DNA of 62,943 bases, filler included, from Chiloscyllium plagiosum (lineage: Eukaryota): the NCBI RefSeq assembly GCF_004010195.1. It is 6 parts of one record of this genome, joined end to end, with 100 filler letters (N's around TTAATTAATTAA, not from the genome) between each part and the next. Parts side by side here need not be neighbours in the genome. Positions count along the whole stretch, not along the records: positions 47,970 to 56,305 come from NC_057711.1; positions 56,406 to 60,792 come from NC_057711.1; 4 more parts are not named here. The stretch is one strand, 5' to 3'. Below are positions 48,135-59,019 of this stretch, one piece after another (the first letter of the stretch is position 1; each line of letters opens with the position of its first letter). Below the pieces are notes generated by a model, which ran no database searches, was not told the origin of the DNA, and was given only the letters and a program-made list of their open reading frames with translations. The position numbers were made by a program, and so were the translations under genes.

Positions 48135-51100
48135 GCAGTTCTTATTCAAGTACAAACTGAAGGAACATGAAGGATGGTCTATTTTACATCAAGAACTTTG
48201 ACAGAAACTGAAAATACTTACACACCAAAGAGAAGGAAATTTTAGCAAGTGCAGCAAATATGCATTATTCACAATATCACATATTTGAAATTCCTGGTCA
48301 GGATGGACCTCAAGCCTTTGGGAACATTATTGTTATCAAACAATATCTAAAAATGTCTCTACAGATTTAAATATTTGTGCTTAGGCTGCTTAGACATGAA
48401 TATGATATGGCCTATGTTCCGAGTAAGATGCAAGTAATGGCAGCTACACTCATAAGAGCATAAGTGGATGGAGTAGAAAAAGTGTATCAGTCAAAAATCT
48501 TATTCTAGCCTATAGCCAAAACTTTACTGGCAACTGAGGGAAAACTAAGACAAATTTGTACAGCCCAAAAAATATGAAAGAAGTGCACAAAGACCAGACA
48601 AATCTGTCTGCAAGTGTGGTTCAAATACAGTCTAGCAGACCAAATGGTGAAAAGATACCACAAGCAAAAGCAACACTTGAAAATTGTCAATGATAATTGT
48701 TATATCAAAGTCGATGCAAAGAGAAATCCTACAGAAACTCCATGGGAGCATATAGGTATCATGAAATGCAGAACAAGAATGTAAGTGTAATGTCATGGAC
48801 TAGGCCAGACCCACCAACATTTCTTTAAGCAGGTCGCCCAGACCGTTACTTTGCTATTTATTTAGCTAGGTGTGTAGTGGATATACTGGTGTAAATTAGC
48901 TGGGTCAACTGCCAAGTTTTAAACAAACAAAATTTATTTCCAAAATTATGGAATGAAACACAAAGAACAGAAAATAGAATACCCGATAACTTATCCCAAA
49001 CAAACCCAACTTAATGATACTGTTCCAAAAACATGCACATCCCATAGCACAAACATGGCACAGGCAACTCGCAGTTCAAAATCAGAAGTGCAGAAGGAGA
49101 GAGAATACCCAGCCTTTCTTTACATACACACGTATGTTTTATTATCAGAACACCTAAAGGGACATTCAGTAGGAACTGGAAGATGTTGATTTTGTTCAAG
49201 CTAAGAAGTGAGACTTATCAAAAGATGCTGAACTGAACCAAAAAACCTCAGCTGTCAGGACTGGCCCTTCCATTATACAAGTTACATTACATAAAACATG
49301 AATGTCTTTGACCTGAGGTATCATATCTTCTGTTTAGGGGTAAACAAAATGGGCCCCATAAACCATTCATCTCTGCACCAACTCGAAGGAATAAAAGAAT
49401 GACTCGGGTAGGAATAAGTCCAGTCAAGGATAGTAGTGGGAAGTTGCGTGTGGAGGCTGAAGAGATTGGGGAGACACTGAATGAATACTTTTCGTCAGTA
49501 TTCACTCAGGAACAGGACATTGTTGCCGATGTGAATACTGAGTCACAATTAATTAGAATGGNNNNNNNNNNNNNNNNNNNNNNNNNNNNNNNNNNNNNNN
49601 NNNNNNNNNNNNNNNNNNNNNNNNNNNNNNNNNNNNNNNNNNNNNNNNNNNNNNNNNNNNNNNNNNNNNNNNNNNNNNNNNNNNNNNNNNNNNNNNNNNN
49701 NNNNNNNNNNNNNNNNNNNNNNNNNNNNNNNNNNNNNNNNNNNNNNNNNNNNNNNNNNNNNNNNNNNNNNNNNNNNNNNNNNNNNNNNNNNNNNNNNNNN
49801 NNNNNNNNNNNNNNNNNNNNNNNNNNNNNNNNNNNNNNNNNNNNNNNNNNNNNNNNNNNNNNNNNNNNNNNNNNNNNNNNNNNNNNNNNNNNNNNNNNNN
49901 NNNNNNNNNNNNNNNNNNNNNNNNNNNNNNNNNNNNNNNNNNNNNNNNNNNNNNNNNNNNNNNNNNNNNNNNNNNNNNNNNNNNNNNNNNNNNNNNNNNN
50001 NNNNNNNNNNNNNNNNNNNNNNNNNNNNNNNNNNNNNNNNNNNNNNNNNNNNNNNNNNNNNNNNNNNNNNNNNNNNNNNNNNNNNNNNNNNNNNNNNNNN
50101 NNNNNNNNNNNNNNNNNNNNNNNNNNNNNNNNNNNNNNNNNNNNNNNNNNNNNNNNNNNNNNNNNNNNNNNNNNNNNNNNNNNNNNNNNNNNNNNNNNNN
50201 NNNNNNNNNNNNNNNNNNNNNNNNNNNNNNNNNNNNNNNNNNNNNNNNNNNNNNNNNNNNNNNNNNNNNNNNNNNNNNNNNNNNNNNNNNNNNNNNNNNN
50301 NNNNNNNNNNNNNNNNNNNNNNNNNNNNNNNNNNNNNNNNNNNNNNNNNNNNNNNNNNNNNNNNNNNNNNNNNNNNNNNNNNNNNNNNNNNNNNNNNNNN
50401 NNNNNNNNNNNNNNNNNNNNNNNNNNNNNNNNNNNNNNNNNNNNNNNNNNNNNNNNNNNNNNNNNNNNNNNNNNNNNNNNNNNATCTGAACTCTAATCAC
50501 CAACAGTGATCTCAAACCACCCGAACTCTGTAATTTAGGGGTGACTTGATAGAGGTGTACAAGATGATTAGGGGTTTAGATAGGGTTGACCGTGAGAACC
50601 TTTCTCCACGTATGGAGTCAGCTATTACGAGGGGGCATAGCTTTAAATTAAGGGGTGGTAGGTATAGGACAGATGTTAGGGGTAGTTTCTTTACTCAGCG
50701 AGTCGTGAGTTCATGGAATGCCCTGCCAGTAGCAGTGGTGGACTCTCATTGGATAGGCATATGGAGGATAGTGGGCTAGTGTAGGTTAGGTGGGCTTGGA
50801 TCGGCGCAACATCGAGGGCCAAAGGGCCTGTACTGCGCTGTATTCTTCTATGTATTCTATGAAGCCTGGGCTGTTTTATGACCCTTCTGAAAAAAATCAA
50901 GTTAAAGTAACTTTGAGAAAAAGGACCATCCTTCTGACAGTAATAATCAGGTATTTAAATGATAGAGGATCTTATTGTATTTCATCATGCCAAATGTATG
51001 CAATACACAACCAAGTGCCAACTGAGAAAATTATTTCATTAAGATTTTTTAGAGGCATCTTGGGAAAGGCTCGCAAAAATTTATTCAATATTGAAGGCAT

Positions 51101-51790
51101 GTGGTATTTAGTCCTAGGTGATTATTATTCAAGGTGGACTGAAATGGCAAGACTTCATTCAACCATAGCAGACTCAGTGATCAGAGAACAGAAAAGGATC
51201 TTTGCAATGCATGATTTTCCTGAATATTGGAAAATGAACCTCAGTTCAAAAACAAGGATTTCAGAAAGTTCACTTTGGATGCAGACATCAAGGAAATGAC
51301 AAGTTCTCCATTCTATCCTCAGTTGTGCAGGGAGGCATAAAAAACAGTGACGACTGTGAAGACACTGATGCATAAGAAGCTAGACTGGAAATTAGCTCCA
51401 ATCAGTTACAGAGCAACACGAGTGAATAATGAGTACTCAGACAAGCAGAATTGTTCATAAGGAGGAGGTTCAATCAACCCAGTTTTAGAAAATAACCTCT
51501 AGAGTCAACAGGAAGTTGACAGCCACAGATATCAGAGAAAACGAACAGCTGAAATGTTTTATTATCAGAACAACTAAAGGGACATTCAGTAGGAACTGGA
51601 AGATGTTGACTTTGTTCAAGCTAAGAAGTGAGACTTATCAAAAGATGTGAAATAGCCATACTATAAATCATCAGATATGGAACAACAATTCCAGACAGGG
51701 TGTAAAACCATCACTATGGCATTGAACACAAGTGAATCAGATTGGTACATTCTGGGAATGTTCCAGATCATTATGACCTGTGAGATTCAG
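48135..51790 (+). mobile_element. Decayed Gypsy-type LTR retrotransposon pol (RNase H and integrase) with nested insertions
   Basis: EKEILA...MDLKPL...RLLRHEYDMAYVPSK (about 48230-48450); LFNIEGMWYLVLGDYYSRWTEM...KRIFAMHDFPE (51080-51225). Nested LTR-like piece at about 48787-49360 and HER1 at 49383-50860. Confidence 0.75.
49383..50860 (+). mobile_element. HER1/CR1 LINE spanning an N gap
   Basis: GETLNEYFSSVFT before the gap; RGDLIEVYKM...FFTQRVVSSWNALP and (tattctatg) tail after it. Confidence 0.9.
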
Positions 51791-52143
51791 ACTCTGAGGG
51801 TGGACTTGGGGGAGGGGAGGTGCAAGATGGTGATAATGGTAAGAATAGTGATAATGATAATAATGATATCAATAATTGCAAAGATTATGTAAGTAAGTAG
51901 GAATAAACTTCTGGAATAATGTTGACCAAGTTGAGAGGAACTTGAGGGAGATGTGGTACTATATGGTTCATGTAAATCATGATGCTGTAACTGATCACAA
52001 GATTTGGACATCACTGAAAGAGAAGACACCAGTCTAGAAAAAATAATGAAGAGATTTGTCTTAATCAACACTACAGAGCTATATTTGATAACTTACTATG
52101 TACAGATATAAATAAAGGGGTGTTAGGGTACATAAGGAGTTGA

Positions 52144-52346
52144 GAGAAAGTGAGGGCTGCAGATGCTGGAGATCAGAGCTGAAAATGTGTTGCTGGAAAA
52201 GCGCAGCAGGTCAGGCAGCATCCAAGGAACAGGAGAATCGACGTTTCGGACCCTTCCTGAAGAAGGGCTTATGCCTGAAACGTCGATTCTCCTGTTCCTT
52301 GGATGCTGTCTGACCTGCTGCACTTTTCCAACAACACATTTTCAGC
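52144..52346. mobile_element. Fold-back PLE-derived element, hammerhead core at 52257-52284 (+)
   Basis: Perfect 15-bp TSD tacataaggagttga (52129-52143 and 52347-52361); inverted arms. Confidence 0.9.
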
Positions 52347-53197
52347 TACATAAGGAGTTGAAGAGACTTACTTAGAGATAAGAAGCCAGCAATGTATGTG
52401 CAGTTATCCACAACGTGAGATACTCCAAACAATATGGACAGACGTACAGATAACCATATTATATTAAAGCACAAGCTAAATCACATGCAGTTCTCCAACA
52501 ACTATCCTTCTTCAATTCTGACTCTTGTGCATCCCCCACTTCATTTATCGAACCATTGACAGCCAAGACTTAAGTTGCCCTAACTCTGGAATTCCCTCAC
52601 TAAACCTTTTCACAACTCTATCTGTCTTCTTATATAACATTTGTTAAAATCTACTTCTTTGACTTAACTTTTAGTCATCTGTCCTAATGTCAGAAGTGTC
52701 TTAATTATGCTTAGGATAATTTGCTGAAACATAATGCCCCAAAAACAAGAATGGGATATACTTTATTAAATTTAGTAATGATGATCCTGCCAAATATTGA
52801 AGATCAAGGGATACAAAATAGTGACTGGATTAAAGTTTAAAGTGTTACTGAGGGGAAAAATAGAGTATAGGATGGACTTTATTTCTGTTGGTAAATTAGG
52901 AAGCATAGTCTAAATATTGGAAAATTAGAGCCAGATCTTTCAGAAATATGTTGAGGAAACAGTTCTGCACAAAGTATGGTTTGAGACTCTCTTCTGTAAA
53001 TACCAATTGATGATAGGTCAAATGTTAATTTTAAGTCTGCAGCTGATAAATGTTTGTTAACCAATGGTATTAAGGGATAGAATGGAAGGGCTGATAAGTG
53101 AGATAAATCACTGACCAATCATTGAATAACAAAACATTTCTTGAGGATAAACATGGCCTATTCATTTATAACTCCTTCTTGCCTTGTTGATCATTTG

Positions 53198-53399
53198 CTG
53201 AAAATGTGTTGCTGGAAAAGCGCAGCAGGTCAGGGAGCATCTAAAGAGCAGGAGAATCGACTTTTCGGGCATGAGCCCTTCTTCAGGAGCCCTTCTTCGG
53301 CCTCATGCCCGAAACATCGATTCTCCTGCTCCTTGGATGCTGCCTGACCTGCTGCGCTTTTCCAGGTCTGATCTCCAGCATCTGCAGTCCTCACTTTCT
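53198..53399. mobile_element. Fold-back PLE-derived element
   Basis: Perfect 16-bp TSD ccttgttgatcatttg (53182-53197 and 53400-53415); hammerhead-like core on - at about 53259-53286. Confidence 0.9.
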
Positions 53400-53734
53400 C
53401 CTTGTTGATCATTTGTTCGATTACACCACTGTGAAGCATTGGGTGTTTCATACCTTAGAGACTCTGTATGAATGCAAGCTATTGAACTGTTGTTCCTACA
53501 TTAATTTTGTATATCAGTGGGTTTAACAAAGTGGCACTTGCATAGATGTTTGATAATATCAGATCATTTTGAATTTACTGTCTATCATCAACGATCCACA
53601 TTAATTGGTATATATGAAAAAGAATAACTGCTTTTAAAGAAAGCTTTCCAAGGAGGTTCTCCCACTCTTCTGGCATTTTCTTCTTGATTTCTAGTATTCT
53701 TGCTCTAAAGTTGCACTGAACAAATGAGGAAAAA

Positions 53735-54070
53735 AGCTTCCTTGGCTATGAGATGGGGAAAGAATACACTATTGTGTTTTTTTTTATGTAAGAGTTGGAG
53801 CAGAGCCAGTTTTCTTATACAAATTATATAAGCATACATTTACTCATTGATTATCTGCTCATGTAGGGCACTATTATGGATTAAAATAATCATAGGAAAC
53901 AAAAGTTATTTTCATCACTTTGCAGAAATTTGAATGAAAGCAACAGTAGCAGCCTTGGTTGCCTTGACAGGGCAGTTTTCCCTTGTGCACTGCTATCTTG
54001 TGATAAAATAGACACATGTTTCATTCTCTCGTAATGAAATCAGAGTCACTAAACAAAACCTATTATCCTT
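53735..54070 (+). pseudogene. ABCA13: ABCA13-like fragment
   Basis: GKEYTIVFF/LCKSW; TLQKF; CALLSCDKIDTCFILS (53984-54031). Compare recalled human LEKYLGGLFVLTKYW; MLQKV; CATLSCKQNGIRHLILS. Confidence 0.55.
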
Positions 54071-54339
54071 GAGAGTCAAGAGCCCCTCAGGAATGTGTCT
54101 CCAGATTTGGTTTAAATCCAGCACAGTCTACTCCACTTACCTCTATACCTGTTATGTGTATAATTCTGTTAAATAAATTGTCTTTGAAAAGCTGATATTC
54201 TTCCCTATTGATTTCTACTGGAGTTTAGTTCTGCTTTCAAATAAATTATTGTATTGCAGTTCATGATACAGAATTTACTCTTTCTTAACATGTCGAAACT
54301 TGATAATGCATTTCTAATATTGGAGATAGGCCAAAAATA

Positions 54340-54700
54340 TGTGTACACAAAATCCCAGCTGACATTCCAGCACAGTGCTACAATAGTGCTGCACTGTGAG
54401 AGGTGCTGTTTGTGCGATAAAATGATATATCAATACCACTCAGGTGGAGGTTAAAGATTTCATGGCATTGTGTCACAGAATAGGAAGAAAGTTCTTCCCT
54501 ATGTTCTGGCCAATATCTATCCCTCAAACAACATTAAAAGATATAGTCATTATCACATTGCTGCTTTTAGAAGCTTGATCATAAATAGATGGCTGCATTT
54601 TCAACAGTTCAGCAGTGGCTAATTTTTAGAAATACTTAATTGGATGTAAAATGCTTTGGGATATCTTGAGGCTATGGACAGCACCACATAAATAAAACAA
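54340..54700 (+). mobile_element. Deu-domain SINE relic (SacSINE1-like)
   Basis: gctgacattccagcacagtgc...gtgctgcactgt...aaagatttcatggca...tgttctggccaatat...gtaaaatgctttggga. Confidence 0.6.
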
Positions 54701-54807
54701 ACTTCTGTACCTACTAAAATATGCGTGTTGTAAAGTTTTGAAAGAGGGCTTATCATCAAGGGATGCTGGTAGAATTGACAGTGGGGTAAAGATTTATTCT
54801 TGATTTT

Positions 54808-55050
54808 ATGTTGTGGAGGTGCCAGTGTTGGGCTGGAGTGGACAATGTTTAAAATCAAACAACACCAGGTTATAGTCCAAGAGGTGTTTTTGGAAGTAAA
54901 AGCTTTAGAGCGTTGCTCCTTCATCAGGTAACTCGTGGGCCAGCATCATAGGACACAGAATTGATACCTGATGAAGGAGCAGTGCTCCGAAAACTTGTAC
55001 TTCCAAATAAACATGTTGGACTATAATCTGGTGTTGTGCGATTTTTGTCC
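54808..55050. mobile_element. Second-family fold-back PLE terminus with hammerhead core at 54968-54996 (+)
   Basis: Inverted arms at about 54850-54931 and 54965-55045; UAC-CUGAUGA-A-GGAGC-AGU-GCUCC-GAAA-AC-UU-GUA. Related single arms at 29791-29873 and about 4285-4400. Confidence 0.8.
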
Positions 55051-56151
55051 TTGACTTTAGACAAAGTTCCAGAATGAGATGACAGTTCCTTTTGGACTTA
55101 TTTGACATGGTATGCAAAGAGTCCAGTACCAAGACCATTCAGCCACTGAAATTACAGCAAAATGCTGCATTTTACTATGTACCAGGCCAGATTCATTCAA
55201 AACATTTTAAGAAGGTAGACCAGATCCCTACTTTTCTAGTTGTTTCAGGCAGATGTAAGGTGGATATCCCAGGAGTGATGCAGCTGGTCAAACCACTTTG
55301 ACCACAAGTAAAACAGAAGTTATTTATACACCACCAAAGGAAACACAAACAAACAAAAACAGAATTTAAAATAACTATGATTTGAAAACCTGACCAACAC
55401 GACATCCCCTGCAACTTTACAAAGGGCTATTCTGATTTCCTGTGACATCCCATAAACACTCCCCTGGCAAAAAGGTAAATTCAAAAACAGGTTCTTATAG
55501 GAGAGAGAGAGAGATGGCAGAGAGAATCAGCTAGAGATCATTTGCTGAAGCATGGGAACCTCTTTTCACTCCAGTAGCTTCTCTGGGTCTCTGGCTAAAA
55601 TTAAATGAAATTAGAAAAATCTCTGAACTGGGACAACTGGCAACTCCCCTTTCATTGTCCAACTGTTTTTTTTAAAAAAGCCTTTTTTCCTGATTGTTGC
55701 TTAGGCAGTATCTGTTAGCCATAATCAAAGAGGCTTAATCCAGACAAATTGGAACCTCTGACTTTTACAACACCTTTTGAAAATAAAGGACAACATTATC
55801 TTATTACAAGAGCAGCATCATTACACTGTGCTACAAATTACACTTCTGAAGAAGAGTCATACCAGACTTAAAACATCTACCATGTTTCTCTCTTCACAGA
55901 TGCTGGCAAACCTGCTGAGTTCCTCCAGCATTTTCAGTTTCTATTTAAGACAATTTAGCCTGTTAGATTAACTACGTTTAGTGCGTCTCTTAGCTTGTTA
56001 TAGTGGATGCACATAATGTGTAGCATTTAATTTCTGGTGAAGAGAGGGTCAGGGACCTAGGTTTAGTCTTTCTGCCAAAGACCAATGAAAGCCCGAAAGT
56101 AAGCAAATACTTCTGTGAGGACCATGAGAATCTGTAAGTCATATTGAGAAG

Positions 56152-56305
56152 TTGAAAAATGTGTTGCTGGAAAAGTACAGCAGGTCAGGCAGCATCCCAG
56201 GAGCAGGAAAATCGACGTTTCGGGCATAAGCCCTTCTTCAGGAATGAGGAGGGTGTGCCAAGCAGGTTAAGATAAAAAGTAGGGAGGAGGGACTTGGGGG
56301 AGGGG
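56152..56305 (-). mobile_element. PLE 3' terminus with intact hammerhead core (56214-56241, -)
   Basis: Reverse complement CUGAAGA-A-GGGC-UUAU-GCCC-GAAA-CG-UC; continues into a purine-rich PLE 3' region and a gap. Confidence 0.8.
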
Positions 56306-56971
56306 NNNNNNNNNNNNNNNNNNNNNNNNNNNNNNNNNNNNNNNNNNNNTTAATTAATTAANNNNNNNNNNNNNNNNNNNNNNNNNNNNNNNNNNNNNNN
56401 NNNNNATACCAATATATGCAAAGTATAAAGAGATAAGGTTCTTAAAATGCACTCCTGAAACTGAGCTATATAAATTGAAATGTGGATTACAAAACTAGGG
56501 AAGTGGTGTGTAAACTTTATCAATCATTATTTGACCCACAGCTGAGATGATGATTTCCCCTCTGTCAGTGATCCCTCTCACTGAGATTCTCTGGCCCAGC
56601 TTCTCACACAATATCGTGGGTAGTTATCATTTCCTGCTGCGCTTGGAAATTCAGCTTTCTCCATGAAACCAATCTATTGGCCTAATGGGTTCTGTTTAGC
56701 TGTCAATAAACAACTCTGTGGCAGTATTGAAAATAAATGATCTGGGATGACAGCCAGTATCATCATTGTGCTCACAGGATATGGCGCCTAGACAAAAGGC
56801 TTGCAGTCCAGAGGAAATTCTAAATAAAACTTCTAACTTCTGTCTGTGCATACTGATCAACTCTAATGCGGTCTTCTGATCTATCTAACTTCACCCTCAT
56901 CTAACATCTCTTCATCTCCCGCTCAGTCAGTCGCTCCCCTTTCTATCCTCTCTCAGTTTATCCCCCTTCAC

Positions 56972-57162
56972 TCTTTACCGAGAGAGTGGTGGGGGCATGG
57001 AATGCGCTGCCTGTGGGAGTGGTAGAGTCAGAATCTTTGGTGACCTTTAAGCGGCAATTGGATAGGTACATGGATGGGTGCTTAAGCTAGGACAAATGTT
57101 CGGCACAACATCGTGGGCCAAAGGGCCTGTTCTGTGCTGTATTGTTCTATGTTCTATGTTCT
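56972..57162 (+). mobile_element. HER1/CR1 3' tail
   Basis: RVVGAWNALP; (tgttcta)n tail. Confidence 0.9.
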
Positions 57163-58688
57163 AAGTGAAAAGTTCAGTGCTTTAGGAAACAAAGGGTAAG
57201 AGAGGAAACACATTGAACGGTTTGCTCGCAACAAATTGTTTAATGACACGGGAGACTGAAGCAGAAATAAGTTCCCCTTAGGTGGAGAGACAGAACCATT
57301 CAAAAGTATGCAGGTTTCTTTCAGAAAGAAGTCAGGAATAAAATGCCTGTAACATTAGCAGCATAGTTTGCAGTCGTGAGAGCAATAAGGGCAGAAGAAA
57401 AGAAAACCCGAGTGACTTATAAGTCAATAACAAAGAAACGTCAAATCAGAAGGCTTTACGATGTCAAAGAGGAAGACATTTGACAAAATTTGAATGCGTG
57501 AGTTTAAGAAACAAATGCTGAGGAGTAAATGAACTGGGTTAACAGTTTGTTAAAGGGTTTCAGAAAGAAACATTAACTAAAGAACTTGTATTTTTTAATT
57601 AAGTATACATTTGTTGAGAAGAAACTGATTACAGTTGTGCCCACTGAACAAGGAACATTAAAGTCCAAATGAGGTGCCTCTTCACTGAGTCTTGAGTGGC
57701 TGCAAGCTGTTGTGGGGAAAAGGACTGAATCTTCATTTATAGTATCTGTAATGAAACCATTTCAAAAAGTTTATATTTGGACTAAAATGGTTCATGTTTT
57801 TGACTCTTTTGTGGATAACAGACTTTGAGGTTCTTTTGTTAAAATTATATTGGCATGTTTATGAATATGTTGAGTGACTAACCACCACAGTAAACAAATT
57901 GCAAAAATAAAACACAAGCTCTATCAAGGCAGGTTTCACTCTGAGATCTGACTTTACCAGTATTACTATCAGTTGGGATCATAACACATTTTTGTGAATT
58001 CAATTTCATTAGTCTCTATTTGGTCTCATGGTTTTCTCAAGTGGGACAGGCTTTACCATAGTACTCAATGTTAATATAATTGGCATTGGGTCTAATCATT
58101 GTGTCTAATCATTGTGACTGTCCAGTTAAACTTATTAACTGCTGGATTCCTTCTCCAACTGTAAAATCATCTCTCTCTCTCTCTCTTTCTGAGAACCTGG
58201 TTTGACTTATCAGGATGTGATTAATGCTTTCTAAATAAGGCCTTTGATCCAATTTCACTCTTGACTTAATGTCTAACCTGATATATTTAAAGATCCCCAC
58301 CAACTCACACCACAAGCTTGACTTACAATCTTAAGTTCTCTTTTTATTCATTGAGTGGGTTTAAAAAAACTTTCCTTGGAAACTTTTCACCCAGCAAATA
58401 TACAGCTTTTATGGTGATTGATATATATTCCCAGGAGTATATTATCAAAAGAACAAAGTGGTTCTTCAAGACCACTTTTCCTGCAGTAAGGGAAATCACA
58501 GCTAAATTTTGATCCCCAGATTTCTCTTCAAAACTCTAGTTTGGATTCCAATCATCGTTCTCCATTCTATCTGTAAACTCCACAGTTTAAAAAAATTCCT
58601 TATATTTCCTAAAACAGTATTTTTAAATATGTTTAATAAGTCAATAGTATTATTATTGTACTTATTATCAAGTACAATAGTTGCTTAG

Positions 58689-58733
58689 AATGCTACATTA
58701 GAAAGTTTTAAGAACAGACTGAAGAAAATCACT
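58689..58733 (+). pseudogene. ABCA13: ABCA13-like fragment
   Basis: NATLESFKNRLKKIT, compared with recalled human SSTLESFKSSLENAT. Collinear, but short and bounded by stops. Confidence 0.45.
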
Positions 58734-59019
58734 TAATATGTTAATGCTGTCATTTAATGAATCTCCCACTAAGATTTTCACTAATTTACAAAAATAAAAC
58801 TACTTGCAAATGGATGAAAGTCAGTTGGTCATTTTTACTTGGTATACAGTTTAACAACTCTAGAAATAGATAAGCAAAATATTGCAGATGCTGAAAATCT
58901 GAAAAACAAAAAAATGTTGGAAACACCCAGCATGTCAGAAAACCTTCATGGAGAGGGGGACACTATTGATGTTTCAGATTAAGATTCTTTCAAGACTCAG
59001 ATTAATGATTCAAGACATA

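Larger units (their letters stand above)
1840..58733 (+). pseudogene. ABCA13: Fragmented ABCA13-like pseudogene (first extracellular domain region); envelope of collinear fragments
   Basis: About 12-15 + strand peptide fragments in unique DNA resemble human ABCA13 (recalled, not aligned) in the correct order. Nearly all have in-frame stops or frameshifts in or beside the match. Weak extra pieces lie at about 1850-2010, 2780-2875 (LYETLL/LNNS) and 11186-11225 (FYCKINFSE). Confidence 0.65.

Noticed and set aside
49399..50515. Longest ORFs in the track (365 and 320 aa)
   Set aside because: They are translations of the N run.
50790..51299. 169-aa ORF as a host gene
   Set aside because: A chimera of LINE tail and degraded Gypsy integrase.
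7286..58733. A functional ABCA-family CDS
   Set aside because: Too many stops and frameshifts to be sequencing error, and no TMD or NBD exons seen in the window.
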